Positions 48,879 through 61,082 of a DNA stretch of 64,000 nucleotides are shown piece by piece. Origin of the DNA: Christensenellales bacterium (GTDB lineage Bacteria; Bacillota; Clostridia; Christensenellales; UMGS416). The position numbers and the translations under genes are program-made. The notes below the pieces were generated by a model. The model worked only from the letters and a program-made list of their open reading frames with translations, was not told the DNA's origin and did not search any database. Location of the stretch: NCBI GenBank assembly GCA_050948665.1, contig JBMNEH010000001.1, positions 1,891,079-1,955,078 on the forward strand, in the 5' to 3' direction. Positions within the stretch are counted from its first letter, which is position 1. The number at the start of each line of letters is the position of its first letter.

Positions 48879-51800
48879 TTGTTCGAGCTTAATAATTTCG
48901 ATGCGATTCAAATCGGTTTGGCTTCCCCTGAAAAAATTCTGGAATGGTCCTATGGCGAGGTACTCAAGCCTGAGACCATTAACTACCGTACACTCAAACC
49001 CGAGAAGGACGGTTTGTTCTGTGAGAAGATTTTCGGACCCAGCAAGGACTGGGAGTGCCACTGCGGGAAATATAAACGTATCCGCCATAAGGGCATCATC
49101 TGCGATAAGTGCGGCGTAGAGGTGACCCGATCGAAAGTGCGCCGAGAACGCATGGCGCATATTCAACTTGCCGCTCCCGTATCCCACATATGGTACTTTA
49201 AAGGCGTACCCAGCCGTATGGGTCTGCTATTGGACATGAGTCTGAAGCTCTTGGATCGGGTGCTGTATTTCACTGCGTATGTGGTGACTGACCCCGGAGA
49301 TACACCCCTGACGCACAAGCAGGTGCTGACCGATGCTGAATACCGGGAGGCCGTCGACCGGTACGGCGACAGATTCAAAGCCGGAATGGGCGCCGAAGCC
49401 GTAAAAGATTTGCTGATGCAAGTAGATCTGGAAGCCGTGTCCGAAGAGCTTCGGGAGATATTGGAAAACGCCACCGGCCAAAAGCGGGCGAAAGCCATTA
49501 AGCGGCTGGAAATCATAGAAGCCTTCCGGAAATCCGGTAATAAGCCTGAGTGGATGATACTGGACGTGGTTCCCGTTATTCCTCCGGAATTGCGGCCTAT
49601 GGTACAGTTGGACGGTGGCCGTTTCGCCACCAGCGACCTTAACGACCTGTATCGCCGTGTCATTAACCGGAATAACCGACTGAAGCGCCTGCTGGAGTTG
49701 GGTGCACCGGAAATCATCATCCGAAACGAGAAACGCATGCTGCAGGAATCGGTGGACGCGCTGATCGATAACGGCCGCCGTGGTCGCCCTGTTACCGGTC
49801 CCGGAAACCGCGCTCTGAAATCCCTTTCGGATATGCTGCGGGGTAAACAGGGACGTTTCCGTCAGAACCTTTTGGGCAAGCGGGTCGACTACTCCGGCCG
49901 TTCCGTAATCGTCGTCGGCCCCGAGCTAAAGCTCTTCCAGTGCGGTCTTCCCAAGGAAATGGCGCTGGAGATGTTCAAGCCCTTTGTCATGAAAAAATTG
50001 GTGCAGGACGGCATGGCTCACAATATCAAATCCGCGAAACGCATGGTAGAACGGATAAAGCCCGAGGTATGGGATATCCTGGAAGAAGTGATAAAAGAAC
50101 ACCCCGTGCTGCTGAACCGCGCCCCGACTCTGCATCGTTTGGGTATACAGGCCTTCGAACCCATCATGGTGGAAGGCCGCGCCATTAAGGTACACCCCTT
50201 GATATGTACCGCCTTTAATGCGGACTTTGACGGTGACCAGATGGCCGTACACCTCCCCTTGTCTGTGGAAGCGCAGGCAGAAGCCAGATTCCTGATGCTG
50301 GCCACCAACAATATCCTCAAGCCCCAGGATGGCAAGCCTGTTGCCTCTCCCACCCAGGACATGGTCATGGGATGCTACTACCTGACGCTTGAGATCCCCG
50401 GCGCCAAGGGCGAAGGCCGCTGGTTCTCCGATATGGACGAGGCTGTCATGGCGTATGAGGCCGGCCAGATCACTCTGCATTCCAAGATCCATGTACGGAT
50501 ATTCCGGACAATCGGCGGGCAGGTGAAGGGCCAGGTCATCGAGACCACCGTAGGCAAGCTGATCTTCAATTCCGTCATTCCGCAGGATTTGGGGTTTGTA
50601 GACCGTTCCAATCCGGAAGATGCCTTCCGGCTGGAGGTGGATACCCTCGTCAAGCGCGGAACCCTCGCGCAGATTGTGGACCGTACCTACCGTGTTTATG
50701 GCAATATCCGCACTTCTGAGGTGCTGGATGCCATAAAGGCACTGGGTTTCAAGTACTCTACAAAGGGCGCTGTCAGTGTCGCGGTATCCGACATGGTCAT
50801 CCCCACGGAGAAGAAGGAGTACCTTTCCAGCGCCAACGACCGTATCAGGATGGTAGAGTCCAGCTATCGTGACGGCTTGATATCCGATGACGAGCGTTAC
50901 CGCGCCGTGGTGGAAACTTGGCAGAACACCACAAACAAGGTCACCAAAGCTCTGGAAAACGCATTGGATGTCCTGAACCCCATCTATATGATGAGTAATT
51001 CCGGTGCCCGGGGCAACATGAACCAGGTGCGTCAGTTGGGCGGTATGTGCGGATTGATCGCAGATCCCTCCGGCCGGATCATCGAGGTGCCTGTTCGTTC
51101 CAACCTGCGGGAGGGCATGTCCGTACTTGAATACTTCATCTCTTCCCACGGTTCCAGAAAAGGATTGGCCGATACCGCTCTGCGCACCGCAGACTCAGGT
51201 TATCTGACGCGCCGTCTGGTAGATGTTTCTCACGATATGATCGTCCGTGAGTCTGACTGCTTCGCAGCACGGGGCGAGCCCCCCAGAGGTATGACCGTAG
51301 CCGCCATCTATGACGAGTCCCGGGAGATCGAGAGCCTCAGTTCCCGTATTTGGGGGCGAACGATTATCGGCGATGTCATCCATCCCGCGACCGGTGAGAT
51401 ACTGGCCAAAGACAATACGATACTTACCGTTGATCAGGCCGATGCCATTGAAAAGGCCGGAATAAAGGAAGTCACCATCCGTACCGTTCTTACCTGTCGG
51501 AACGAAACCGGCGTCTGCGCAAAGTGCTACGGCATCAACCTGGCCACCGGACGGCCCGTTCACATCGGCGAGACCGTGGGCATCATCGCTGCCCAAGCCA
51601 TCGGCGAGCCCGGCACCCAGCTGACAATGCGTACCTTCCATACCGGTGGCGTCGCTATGTCAGAGGATATTACCCAGGGTCTTCCCCGTGTCGAGGAGAT
51701 CTTTGAGGCCCGCAAGCCCAAAGGACAGGCCGTTATTACGGAAATTGCCGGTAAAGTCTCCATGACAGAGGCTAAAAAGAAGCGCGAAATCACTGTCACC

Positions 51801-52451
51801 GGTGATGACGGTGAATCAAAGGTCTATTCCATCCCCTTCGGTTACCGCACAAAGGTATCCGACGGCGATGTGATCGAGGCGGGCGACAGCCTGACCGAAG
51901 GCCCCGTAAACCCCCATGACATTCTGAAAATAAAGGGGATCCGGGGTGTACAATCCTACATGCTCCGGGAGGTATTGACAACCTACCAGTCCCAGGGCGT
52001 CAACATTGCTGACAAACACCTGGAGGTTGTGATCCGGCAAATGCTTCGCAAGGTCCGTATTGAGGATTCCGGTGATACCGATATGCTGCCCGGCGAGTTG
52101 GTGGACATCTTTGACTTCGAGAAGAAGAACGAAGCCGTACTGCAGAACGACGGCCAGCCGGCCATCGCAAAGCGCGTGCTTTTAGGCATCACAAAGGCTA
52201 CTCTGGCTATCAACTCCTTCCTCGCCGCCGCTTCCTTCCAGGAAACTACCCGCGTACTCACTGAAGCTGCCATCAAAGGGAAGATCGACCCTCTTCTCGG
52301 TTGCAAGGAGAACATTATACTCGGCAAGCTGATTCCCGCCGGAACAGGCATGAAATGCTATAAATCCCTGAGGATCAATACCGAGAGTGAGGATGCTCCC
52401 ACGACGGTGGCCATTCCCATGACATTGGAAGATGTCGCTATGGACACCTGA
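48879..52451 (+). CDS. rpoC: RNA polymerase beta' subunit
   Basis: [14 protein letters not shown]...[32 protein letters not shown] start. Confidence 0.99.
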   Translation: MFELNNFDAIQIGLASPEKILEWSYGEVLKPETINYRTLKPEKDGLFCEKIFGPSKDWECHCGKYKRIRHKGIICDKCGVEVTRSKVRRERMAHIQLAAPVSHIWYFKGVPSRMGLLLDMSLKLLDRVLYFTAYVVTDPGDTPLTHKQVLTDAEYREAVDRYGDRFKAGMGAEAVKDLLMQVDLEAVSEELREILENATGQKRAKAIKRLEIIEAFRKSGNKPEWMILDVVPVIPPELRPMVQLDGGRFATSDLNDLYRRVINRNNRLKRLLELGAPEIIIRNEKRMLQESVDALIDNGRRGRPVTGPGNRALKSLSDMLRGKQGRFRQNLLGKRVDYSGRSVIVVGPELKLFQCGLPKEMALEMFKPFVMKKLVQDGMAHNIKSAKRMVERIKPEVWDILEEVIKEHPVLLNRAPTLHRLGIQAFEPIMVEGRAIKVHPLICTAFNADFDGDQMAVHLPLSVEAQAEARFLMLATNNILKPQDGKPVASPTQDMVMGCYYLTLEIPGAKGEGRWFSDMDEAVMAYEAGQITLHSKIHVRIFRTIGGQVKGQVIETTVGKLIFNSVIPQDLGFVDRSNPEDAFRLEVDTLVKRGTLAQIVDRTYRVYGNIRTSEVLDAIKALGFKYSTKGAVSVAVSDMVIPTEKKEYLSSANDRIRMVESSYRDGLISDDERYRAVVETWQNTTNKVTKALENALDVLNPIYMMSNSGARGNMNQVRQLGGMCGLIADPSGRIIEVPVRSNLREGMSVLEYFISSHGSRKGLADTALRTADSGYLTRRLVDVSHDMIVRESDCFAARGEPPRGMTVAAIYDESREIESLSSRIWGRTIIGDVIHPATGEILAKDNTILTVDQADAIEKAGIKEVTIRTVLTCRNETGVCAKCYGINLATGRPVHIGETVGIIAAQAIGEPGTQLTMRTFHTGGVAMSEDITQGLPRVEEIFEARKPKGQAVITEIAGKVSMTEAKKKREITVTGDDGESKVYSIPFGYRTKVSDGDVIEAGDSLTEGPVNPHDILKIKGIRGVQSYMLREVLTTYQSQGVNIADKHLEVVIRQMLRKVRIEDSGDTDMLPGELVDIFDFEKKNEAVLQNDGQPAIAKRVLLGITKATLAINSFLAAASFQETTRVLTEAAIKGKIDPLLGCKENIILGKLIPAGTGMKCYKSLRINTESEDAPTTVAIPMTLEDVAMDT

Positions 52452-52464
52452 TATCACGATTATG

Positions 52465-52492
52465 CCCCGGCTCGCAGGAGCCGGGGATTTTG
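52465..52492 (+). terminator. Intrinsic terminator after rpoC
   Basis: ccccggctc-gcag-gagccgggg followed by atttt. Confidence 0.7.
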
Positions 52493-52667
52493 TCGTATTG
52501 TCAAATATCGTAATTCTTCCCTGTGAGATGCAGGGCCGTTCGAAAAGCAAGGTGGAAACCACCTCTGCCGCCATAGCCTTCCGTTTCTTCCGCGCTGAGA
52601 ACTCCGGGGCAAGCATCCGGAAAACATGATTATTATCGAACTTTTCAGGCTTTTTGATGAATAATCG

Positions 52668-52696
52668 TTGACATTACAAAATGATGATGATAAAAT
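52668..52696 (+). promoter_or_regulatory. sigmaA promoter of str operon
   Basis: TTGACA-17nt-TAAAAT. Confidence 0.8.
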
Positions 52697-52862
52697 AATT
52701 GGCGTGTGTTCCGACGAGGACGCAGACCATCCCGCATTTCGGTTGCTCGGAATCGGGAGGAGCAGCCCATGCTCATGGTCGGTCATCTGTCGGAGCTCCA
52801 TTTGTCTGCCGGCCCCCGGGGTTGCGGAGGCGGCCGACGCAAGAGAAAGGAGGTGCAGCGAA

Positions 52863-53243
52863 ATGCCTACCATTAACCAGATCGTGCGTATGGGCAGGGA
52901 GCGGAAGACCTATAAATCCAAGTCCCCTATCCTGAAGTCCAATCCTCAGAAGCGCGGCGTTTGCTTGGTCGTGCGTACTTTGACTCCCAAAAAGCCGAAT
53001 TCCGCACTCCGTAAAATCGCCCGCGTCCGCCTGACAGACGGCTCCGAGGGTACCTGCTATATTCCCGGTATCGGTCATAATTTGCAGGAACACTCTGTCG
53101 TTTTGATTCGCGGCGGTAAAGTGCGCGACCTGCCGGGTGTACGTTACCACATCATCCGCGGTACTTTGGACGCCTCTGGTGTTGCCAACCGTAAGCAGGG
53201 TCGTTCCCGTTACGGCACCAAGCGTGCCAGGAGCACTCGCTAA
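52863..53243 (+). CDS. rpsL: 30S ribosomal protein S12 (divergent)
   Basis: [39 protein letters not shown]; start ATG 52863 behind AAAGGAGG. Confidence 0.98.
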   Translation: MPTINQIVRMGRERKTYKSKSPILKSNPQKRGVCLVVRTLTPKKPNSALRKIARVRLTDGSEGTCYIPGIGHNLQEHSVVLIRGGKVRDLPGVRYHIIRGTLDASGVANRKQGRSRYGTKRARSTR

Positions 53244-53379
53244 GAAGTGATTTTCCGGTCTTTTGATATTGCATAACCGCTTTCCAACGGAGGAACGCCC
53301 ACGGGAGCGTGCATGGATCTTGAATTGGCCGTATGGGTTAATATACCCGTTTTTGTAAAATTTTTTAGGAGGAAATCTC

Positions 53380-53850
53380 ATGTCAAGGCGCGGAGGAATT
53401 CCGAAACGTGATGTGCTCCCCGATCCCAAGTTTAACAGCGTTGTTCTCGCAAAAGTGATCAACCAAATTATGCTTGACGGTAAAAAGGGGGTAGCGCAAC
53501 GCGTCGTATATGATGCTCTGGATATCGTCGCCGAAAAAACCGGCAAGGATCCCATGGAAGTTTTTGAGCAGGGTCTGAATAATATCATGCCCATACTGGA
53601 GGTTAAAGCCCGCCGGGTCGGCGGCTCCACTTATCAGGTACCTATAGAAGTGCGCCCTGAGCGTCGTCAGACGCTGGGTATTCGTTGGCTCACCGAGTTC
53701 TCTCGCAATCGCGGAGAGAAAGTTATGAGCCAGCGCTTAGCCGCCGAAATCATGGACGCCGCCAACGGCGCCGGGAACGCGGTAAGGCGCAAAGAAGAAA
53801 TGCATCGTATGGCGGACGCTAACAAGGCCTTTGCCCATTATCGTTGGTAG
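53380..53850 (+). CDS. rpsG: 30S ribosomal protein S7
   Basis: [36 protein letters not shown]. Confidence 0.98.
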   Translation: MSRRGGIPKRDVLPDPKFNSVVLAKVINQIMLDGKKGVAQRVVYDALDIVAEKTGKDPMEVFEQGLNNIMPILEVKARRVGGSTYQVPIEVRPERRQTLGIRWLTEFSRNRGEKVMSQRLAAEIMDAANGAGNAVRRKEEMHRMADANKAFAHYRW

Positions 53851-53922
53851 TGTTTTTATCTGTTTTTATATGTTTCAAAGTTTCATCCCCATACTATCAA
53901 GCAAGGAAAGGAGGAGCGTAAC

Positions 53923-55995
53923 ATGCCAAGAGAATATCCTTTGGAAAAGTGTCGGAATGTAGGCATTATGGCACATATTGATGCCGGAAAAACCACAACC
54001 ACCGAACGTATCCTTTTCTATACCGGAAAGGTCCACAGGCTGGGAGAAACCCATGAAGGCGATGCCACAATGGACTGGATGACGCAGGAGATGGAGCGGG
54101 GTATCACTATTACATCCGCCGCTACAACCACCTATTGGCGCGGTTGTCTGATCAACATCATCGATACACCCGGACATGTGGACTTTACCGTGGAAGTGGA
54201 GCGCTCCTTGCGAGTGCTTGACGGTGCGGTCGCCGTATTCTGTGCCAAAGGGGGCGTTGAACCCCAGAGCGAGGCGGTCTGGAGGCAGGCCGACACGTAT
54301 GGTGTCCCCCGTATCGCCTATGTAAACAAAATGGACATTATGGGCGCCAATTTTCAGCGGGTCGTGGATATGATTCGTGACCGGCTGCATGCCAATCCCA
54401 TACCCGTTCAACTCCCCATCGGCAGAGAGGACGACTTTAAGGGTCTGATCGATCTGGTTCATATGAACGCCGTTTTCTATTCCGATGAGGATCAGGGAAG
54501 GGAATTGGATGTGGAGGAGATTCCGGCAAATATGTTGGAATCTGCCAAAGTGGCCCGTCAGGAATTGCTTGAAGCCGTCATCGAGACCGATGACACGCTT
54601 ATGGAAAAATATCTGGATGGAATCACGATCACTCCCGAGGAAATCATTGCCGGACTTCGGGCAGCAACCATAAAGAGTGCTCTGGTACCCGTTCTCTGCG
54701 GCAGTTCCTATCGGAATAAAGGCGTACAGCCCCTGTTGGATGCCATGGTGGACTATCTCCCCAGCCCTATCGATATACCGGATGTAACCGGTACCGACCC
54801 TGAGACGGGCGAGGATATTTCCCGCCCCTCCAGTGATGATGCGCCTCTTTCCGCCCTGGTGTTTAAAATTATGACCGATCCCTTTGTGGGTAAGCTGGCA
54901 TTCGTACGGGTATATTCCGGAAAAATCGCCTCCGGCGCGGGCGTGTATAACCCCTCCACACAAAAACATGAGCGGATCGGCCGTCTGCTGAAGATGCATG
55001 CCAATCACCGCGCTGAGGTAGAGGAAATCATTGCCGGAGATATTGCCGCGGTTGTCGGACTGAAGCAAGCCACTACCGGGGATACCCTCTGCGATGATCG
55101 TCATCCCATCATATTGGAAAGCATGGATTTCCCGGAACCCGTCATACAAGTTGCTATTGAACCCAAAACCAAGGCCGGCCAGGATAAGATGGCCGTAGCA
55201 TTGGTGAAAATGGCGGAGGAGGATCCCACCTTCCGCGCTTATACGGATTCGGAGACCGGGCAGACCATTATCGCCGGCATGGGAGAACTTCACCTGGAAA
55301 TCATAGTAGACCGCATGCTACGTGAATTTAAGGTGGAGGCTACAGTAGGCAAGCCCCAGGTTTCTTACCGGGAAACGGTACGTACGGCTGCCAGGGGCGA
55401 GGGGCGTTTCGTCCGTCAAACAGGCGGCCACGGACAGTACGGTCACGCCATTATCCAGGTACTTCCCGGCGAACCCGGTTCCGGTATCCAATTTGAAGAT
55501 AAAACCGTCGGCGGATCCATTCCCAAGGAGTTCATCAAACCCACCGAAACGGGTATCCGCGAAGCCATGTCCAACGGTCCTTTGGGCGGTCATGAACTGG
55601 TCGACTTAAAGGTTGAACTGCTGGACGGCAGCTATCATGAGGTTGATTCCTCCGAGATCGCCTTTAAGGTCGCCGGTTCCATGGCCCTGCGGGATGCCGT
55701 CGCGAAGGCCGATCCGGTACTGCTGGAACCCATTATGAGCGTGGAGATCGTCATCCCGGAGGATTATCTGGGAGATGTTATCGGCAACCTGAATGCCCGC
55801 CGCGGGCAGATCGAAGATATGGACATGGTGACAGGCTCTCGCCTTGTACGGGCCCACGTTCCCCTGTCTGAAATGTTTGGCTACGCAACGGATTTGCGGA
55901 GCCGTACTCAGGGACGCGGAGCGTTTACCATGCTCTTCTCCCATTACGCAGAAGTTTCTCCCGGAATCGCCGCAAAGATTCTGGGGAAAGTATAA
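53923..55995 (+). CDS. fusA: Elongation factor G
   Basis: [44 protein letters not shown]. Confidence 0.99.
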   Translation: MPREYPLEKCRNVGIMAHIDAGKTTTTERILFYTGKVHRLGETHEGDATMDWMTQEMERGITITSAATTTYWRGCLINIIDTPGHVDFTVEVERSLRVLDGAVAVFCAKGGVEPQSEAVWRQADTYGVPRIAYVNKMDIMGANFQRVVDMIRDRLHANPIPVQLPIGREDDFKGLIDLVHMNAVFYSDEDQGRELDVEEIPANMLESAKVARQELLEAVIETDDTLMEKYLDGITITPEEIIAGLRAATIKSALVPVLCGSSYRNKGVQPLLDAMVDYLPSPIDIPDVTGTDPETGEDISRPSSDDAPLSALVFKIMTDPFVGKLAFVRVYSGKIASGAGVYNPSTQKHERIGRLLKMHANHRAEVEEIIAGDIAAVVGLKQATTGDTLCDDRHPIILESMDFPEPVIQVAIEPKTKAGQDKMAVALVKMAEEDPTFRAYTDSETGQTIIAGMGELHLEIIVDRMLREFKVEATVGKPQVSYRETVRTAARGEGRFVRQTGGHGQYGHAIIQVLPGEPGSGIQFEDKTVGGSIPKEFIKPTETGIREAMSNGPLGGHELVDLKVELLDGSYHEVDSSEIAFKVAGSMALRDAVAKADPVLLEPIMSVEIVIPEDYLGDVIGNLNARRGQIEDMDMVTGSRLVRAHVPLSEMFGYATDLRSRTQGRGAFTMLFSHYAEVSPGIAAKILGKV

Positions 55996-56026
55996 GCTTT
56001 ACTTGAGCTAAGGAGGAAAAGAACCA

Positions 56027-57238
<1,212 letters not shown>

Positions 57239-57243
57239 GACGA

Positions 57244-57285
57244 CACACAAAAGGCACCGGCCATCAGGCCGGTGCCTTTTGTGTG
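57244..57285. terminator. Bidirectional terminator between tuf and GH2 gene
   Basis: Perfect 19-bp inverted repeat cacacaaaaggcaccggcc-atca-ggccggtgccttttgtgtg. Confidence 0.8.
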
Positions 57286-57330
57286 ACCCCCCGGTGGGAT
57301 GGGCTCCCGCTTCCTCAATATGACGGCGTC

Positions 57331-59733
57331 TTACACCTTTACGGTATGGAATACGGTCTTACAGCCCTTTAACCCCTCCACCGAAGCAGTTACGGTGACC
57401 CTGCCGGGCTTCCCGGTGCTACGAAGCACCATAAATGCCTTCCCCGCGTAGGTCAGGCAGGTGTCAGTACGCAAAGGCTCCGCGTTGCAGGGGTCCGAGG
57501 AATCCACGCCCAATATCTCCGCGGGACCCTTCACCGTGAAGTTTATCCGCAGCCCGTCTGCCGTGGGTACAAAATGACCCCGGCTGTCCAGCACCGTAAA
57601 GGCAATTTGCGCCACGGAACGCCGGTCCGCGGGAATAGCGTCTCCATACACCTCTGCCGTAAGCTGCACGGGCTTCTCGGCGGTATGCATTGTATAGCGG
57701 CAGGCCTCCAACCCGTCATTATACGCCACGACCTCCAGTTTCCCCGGCGCATACGGCACATCCCAGCGCAAGAACATATCATTGGTGGTCGCATAGGGGA
57801 CAGGGCGGTCATAATGCATATACCGCTCGGTCATACCAAATTCCGGGAAACAGGAGGCTTTCCGTCCCAGAGAGCGGCCGTTCAGGAAAAGTTCCGCTTC
57901 CTGACAATTTGTAAAGCACAGTACGGGAATCCATTTTTCCCGCTCGGAAGTGATATTCCAATGGGGGACCAGATATGCCATAGGTTCCTTCGTCCAGGCT
58001 GCCTGATAAAAATAGTAGCCCTCCTTCGGAAAACCACAAATGTCGATTACCCCGGCGCTGCCCACACGAACCGGCCAGCGTGATTCGCCCAGGTAGTCGA
58101 TTCCTGTCCACATATAGTCGCCGATTACCCAGTCCCGTGTCTCGGTAAACTGCAAGAGTTTCCCCACCCGCACGGGCATGCTCCAGTAAGGTGCTGCCCA
58201 GTAGGCATTCTGCCTCTCCATCTCAAGAATCGGTTTGCACCGGTGTCCCCCAAGCCCCAGATTCTCCGTGCCGATTTGCAGCCAATCCGGGTGGGATATC
58301 TTGTCGGCGTCATACATGGTCTCCGCCCGCTCACGCCACCGGGTGGTGTAATTGTAACCCACCAAATCCAACGTCTCCAGAAAAGCCAGCGACGCGGCAT
58401 GCGGCTCAGCGGCCAGCTGATCGTTTGCCTGAGTACAGGGACGTGTACCGTCAAGCTTGCGGCAGATGCGCATCAGCATTTTTGCGGTGTCCGGCCCGTC
58501 TTCCGCTGTCTGGTCGGGCACTTCATTCCCAATAGACCAAATGATGACACTGGGGTGATTCCTGTCCCGCAGCACCATGGTGGCGCAATCCGCCCGTCCG
58601 CAGCGCTGGAAATATTGGGAATATCCCCTGCTCTCGTCGCTGTTTGATCCGGCGGCCTTTGATTTCAAAATACGCCACTCATCAAAGGCTTCGTCCATTA
58701 CATAGATACCCAATTCATCGCAAAGGTCCAGCACTGCCGGATCAGGGGGGTTGTGAGCGCAGCGCAGGCTGTTGGCGCCCATTGCCTTCATCGTTTCCAG
58801 CCGCCTCCTCCAGATTTCGGGAGGCACGGCGGCGCCCACGCATCCTCCATCATGATGAGCGCAAAACCCACGGAGCTTGGTATGCACACCGTTAACAAGC
58901 AGTCCCTTTATCGGATCAAACTCTAAAGAGCGCACGCCAAACCGGATCGTTTCCTCATCGGAAGCTGCCTCCCCCGTCATCAGACGCACCTTTGCCGTAT
59001 ACAACACAGGATTGTCCGCCGACCACAGAAAAGGCTGCTGTATCACGCTTTGAAACACCAGTCGTCCTTTTCTTTCCTTTGGCAGTGCGAGGGTTTCTTT
59101 CAGCACAATGCCGTCAGAGGAAGTGACCGTCAACACCGCTATCCCCTCTGCCCGGGCAGGATTCTCAAAGTCAACCTGCGCCTTCAATACTGCCCGCTCC
59201 TTTGACACGTCGGGTGTTGTAATGAATACGCCGTATTCCGGGATATACGGCGATCCGGTACGCCGAAGCCATACATTCCGGGTGATGCCGGAGCCGGTAT
59301 ACCACCTGGAATTGGGCTGCGCTGAATTGTCCACCCTCACTGTCAGCAGATTTTCCTTTCCGGGCTTTACATACCGGGTTATATCGAAGGAAAAGGGCGT
59401 ATATCCATAAATATGGTTCCCCAAATTCCGCCCGTTTAACCAGACGGTTGTGTTCATATACGCGCCGTCAAAGCGGAGCAGCAGTCTCCCTTCCTCGGGG
59501 TCCTCCGGAACGAACAGCTTTTTATACCAGCCCACGCCTGTACGGGCATATCCGCCCGAACCGGAAGAGGGAGCATCCCGGGTGAAGGGATATTCTACGC
59601 TCCAGTCATGGGGCAGTTGTACCGGCCGGAAGCCTGCGAACTTCCTGTCCCCCGGCGCGCATTCTCCATCCAACCGGAAAAACCAATCAAAGCCAAAAAA
59701 TTTTTCTTTACGGCATGTATTGGAATTTGTCAT
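57331..59733 (-). CDS. Glycoside hydrolase family 2 (beta-galactosidase-like, DUF4982 C-terminus)
   Basis: LPHDWS, RWYTGSGITRNV, HHDGGCVGAA, RCAHNPP, RDRNHPSVIIWSIGNE, WTGIDYLGE. Confidence 0.95.
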   Translation of the reverse strand: MTNSNTCRKEKFFGFDWFFRLDGECAPGDRKFAGFRPVQLPHDWSVEYPFTRDAPSSGSGGYARTGVGWYKKLFVPEDPEEGRLLLRFDGAYMNTTVWLNGRNLGNHIYGYTPFSFDITRYVKPGKENLLTVRVDNSAQPNSRWYTGSGITRNVWLRRTGSPYIPEYGVFITTPDVSKERAVLKAQVDFENPARAEGIAVLTVTSSDGIVLKETLALPKERKGRLVFQSVIQQPFLWSADNPVLYTAKVRLMTGEAASDEETIRFGVRSLEFDPIKGLLVNGVHTKLRGFCAHHDGGCVGAAVPPEIWRRRLETMKAMGANSLRCAHNPPDPAVLDLCDELGIYVMDEAFDEWRILKSKAAGSNSDESRGYSQYFQRCGRADCATMVLRDRNHPSVIIWSIGNEVPDQTAEDGPDTAKMLMRICRKLDGTRPCTQANDQLAAEPHAASLAFLETLDLVGYNYTTRWRERAETMYDADKISHPDWLQIGTENLGLGGHRCKPILEMERQNAYWAAPYWSMPVRVGKLLQFTETRDWVIGDYMWTGIDYLGESRWPVRVGSAGVIDICGFPKEGYYFYQAAWTKEPMAYLVPHWNITSEREKWIPVLCFTNCQEAELFLNGRSLGRKASCFPEFGMTERYMHYDRPVPYATTNDMFLRWDVPYAPGKLEVVAYNDGLEACRYTMHTAEKPVQLTAEVYGDAIPADRRSVAQIAFTVLDSRGHFVPTADGLRINFTVKGPAEILGVDSSDPCNAEPLRTDTCLTYAGKAFMVLRSTGKPGRVTVTASVEGLKGCKTVFHTVKV

Positions 59734-59794
59734 ACCTATCCCCTCCTCATAGCGTTCTTATGTGATATTACCATTCACTACAGTCCCCTGTCTA

Positions 59795-59823
59795 TGGACA
59801 AAACCTACTCCTTATGGTATTCT
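59795..59823 (+). promoter_or_regulatory. Promoter of coaE-lspA-rluA
   Basis: TGGACA-17nt-TATTCT. Confidence 0.45.
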
Positions 59824-59857
59824 TTTTGTGTCCGCTTTGCGGAGAAAGGACAGGCGT

Positions 59858-60475
59858 ATGATCGTTCTCGGGCTCACCGGCGGCATAGCCACCGGAAAAT
59901 CCACTGTAAGCAGGGTTCTGGCCGCCTGCGGCGCCGCTATATGGGACGCCGACGAAACCTCCCGGAAGGTCGTGCAGCCGGGGCAGGAGGGCAATGAAGC
60001 GCTACGCCGGGAGTTTGGTGACGATTATTTCTTTCCGGACGGCTCTCTAAAACGGGCCGTTCTGGCGAAGGCGGTGTTTGACGACCCAAAAAAGCTGCTA
60101 CGCCTGAACGCGGTTATCCATCCCTATATCCTTAAGGACATGTGTCTGACGGTAGCCCGATGGCGGAAGGAGGGTAAACCGGTCTGCGTGATCGACGCGC
60201 CTTTGCTTTTTGAAACCGGCGCTGACAAGGTCTGTGATGTTATCTGGGTCACCGCCTGCGGTGTGGACAAGCAGATATCCCGCCTTATCAAAAGGAACCG
60301 CCTTACCGAGGAGGAAGCCCTTGCCCGCATCAACGCGCAAATGCCCGAGAAGGAACGCGCCTCACGGGCAAACAGGGTGATCGACACCTCGGACGATAAA
60401 GAGCGTACCGCTGCCTTTGTCCGTGTGTTGTACGAAGAGCTTATGGAAGAAGCCCAAACTTCCGGAGGAAATTAA
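59858..60475 (+). CDS. coaE: Dephospho-CoA kinase
   Basis: GLTGGIATGKST, DAD, IHP, DAPLLFE, RINAQMP; start ATG 59858. Confidence 0.96.
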   Translation: MIVLGLTGGIATGKSTVSRVLAACGAAIWDADETSRKVVQPGQEGNEALRREFGDDYFFPDGSLKRAVLAKAVFDDPKKLLRLNAVIHPYILKDMCLTVARWRKEGKPVCVIDAPLLFETGADKVCDVIWVTACGVDKQISRLIKRNRLTEEEALARINAQMPEKERASRANRVIDTSDDKERTAAFVRVLYEELMEEAQTSGGN

Positions 60476-60476
60476 C

Positions 60477-61082
60477 ATGCTGTTGATCGTATTTAGCGTT
60501 GCCGCGGCAGTGGTTGCCGTTGACCAGGCCGTAAAGCTATGGGCAACCTATGTGCTGCAGCCACAGGGAGACCTTCCGCTGTGGGAAGGGGTCTTCCACC
60601 TGACCTATGTGCAGAACGAGGGTGCCGCCTTCGGTATGCTGGACGGCGCCAGATGGATCTTCGTTGCCGTTACAGCAATCGTCATACTCGGAAGCATTAT
60701 CTGGCTGGTGCTTCGGCGCAACCGGCTTACATCCTATATGGCGCTGACAGCCGGGCTGCTTCTGGGAGGCGCCGGAGGCAATCTGATTGACCGTATCGCG
60801 CATGGATATGTAACGGATTTATTCTACATTAAGCTCATCAACTTTGCCGTCTTTAATGTAGCGGATGCCGCTATGGTCATAGGAGTTCTCCTTGTCGCCG
60901 TTTATATTCTTTTTGTTCATAAGGAGACGCCGAAAAAACCGACAGTTGCTCCCTCTGTTTCAACGGCGAAAGCTGACGCCGCCTCCCCGGCCGGGAATTC
61001 CGTCCCTGCCTCATCCGACCATGGATCCTCTCCGGAGAAGGAGACAACGCATGCGAACACTTCGCCTGATACCTGCTCCTGA
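60477..61082 (+). CDS. lspA: Lipoprotein signal peptidase II with long C-terminal tail
   Basis: DQAVK, NEGAAFG, GNLIDR, VTD, FAVFNVAD; start ATG 60477. Confidence 0.96.
   Translation: MLLIVFSVAAAVVAVDQAVKLWATYVLQPQGDLPLWEGVFHLTYVQNEGAAFGMLDGARWIFVAVTAIVILGSIIWLVLRRNRLTSYMALTAGLLLGGAGGNLIDRIAHGYVTDLFYIKLINFAVFNVADAAMVIGVLLVAVYILFVHKETPKKPTVAPSVSTAKADAASPAGNSVPASSDHGSSPEKETTHANTSPDTCS

Noticed and set aside
45074-52451. Inteins or introns in rpoB/rpoC
   Set aside because: Both ORFs have normal length and continuous motifs
53875-55293. 472-aa minus-strand ORF (also 55925-57250, 49926-51149, 47258-48079, 44005-44838)
   Set aside because: Antisense shadows of fusA, tuf, rpoC, rpoB and chrA; no recognisable domains; expected at this GC content
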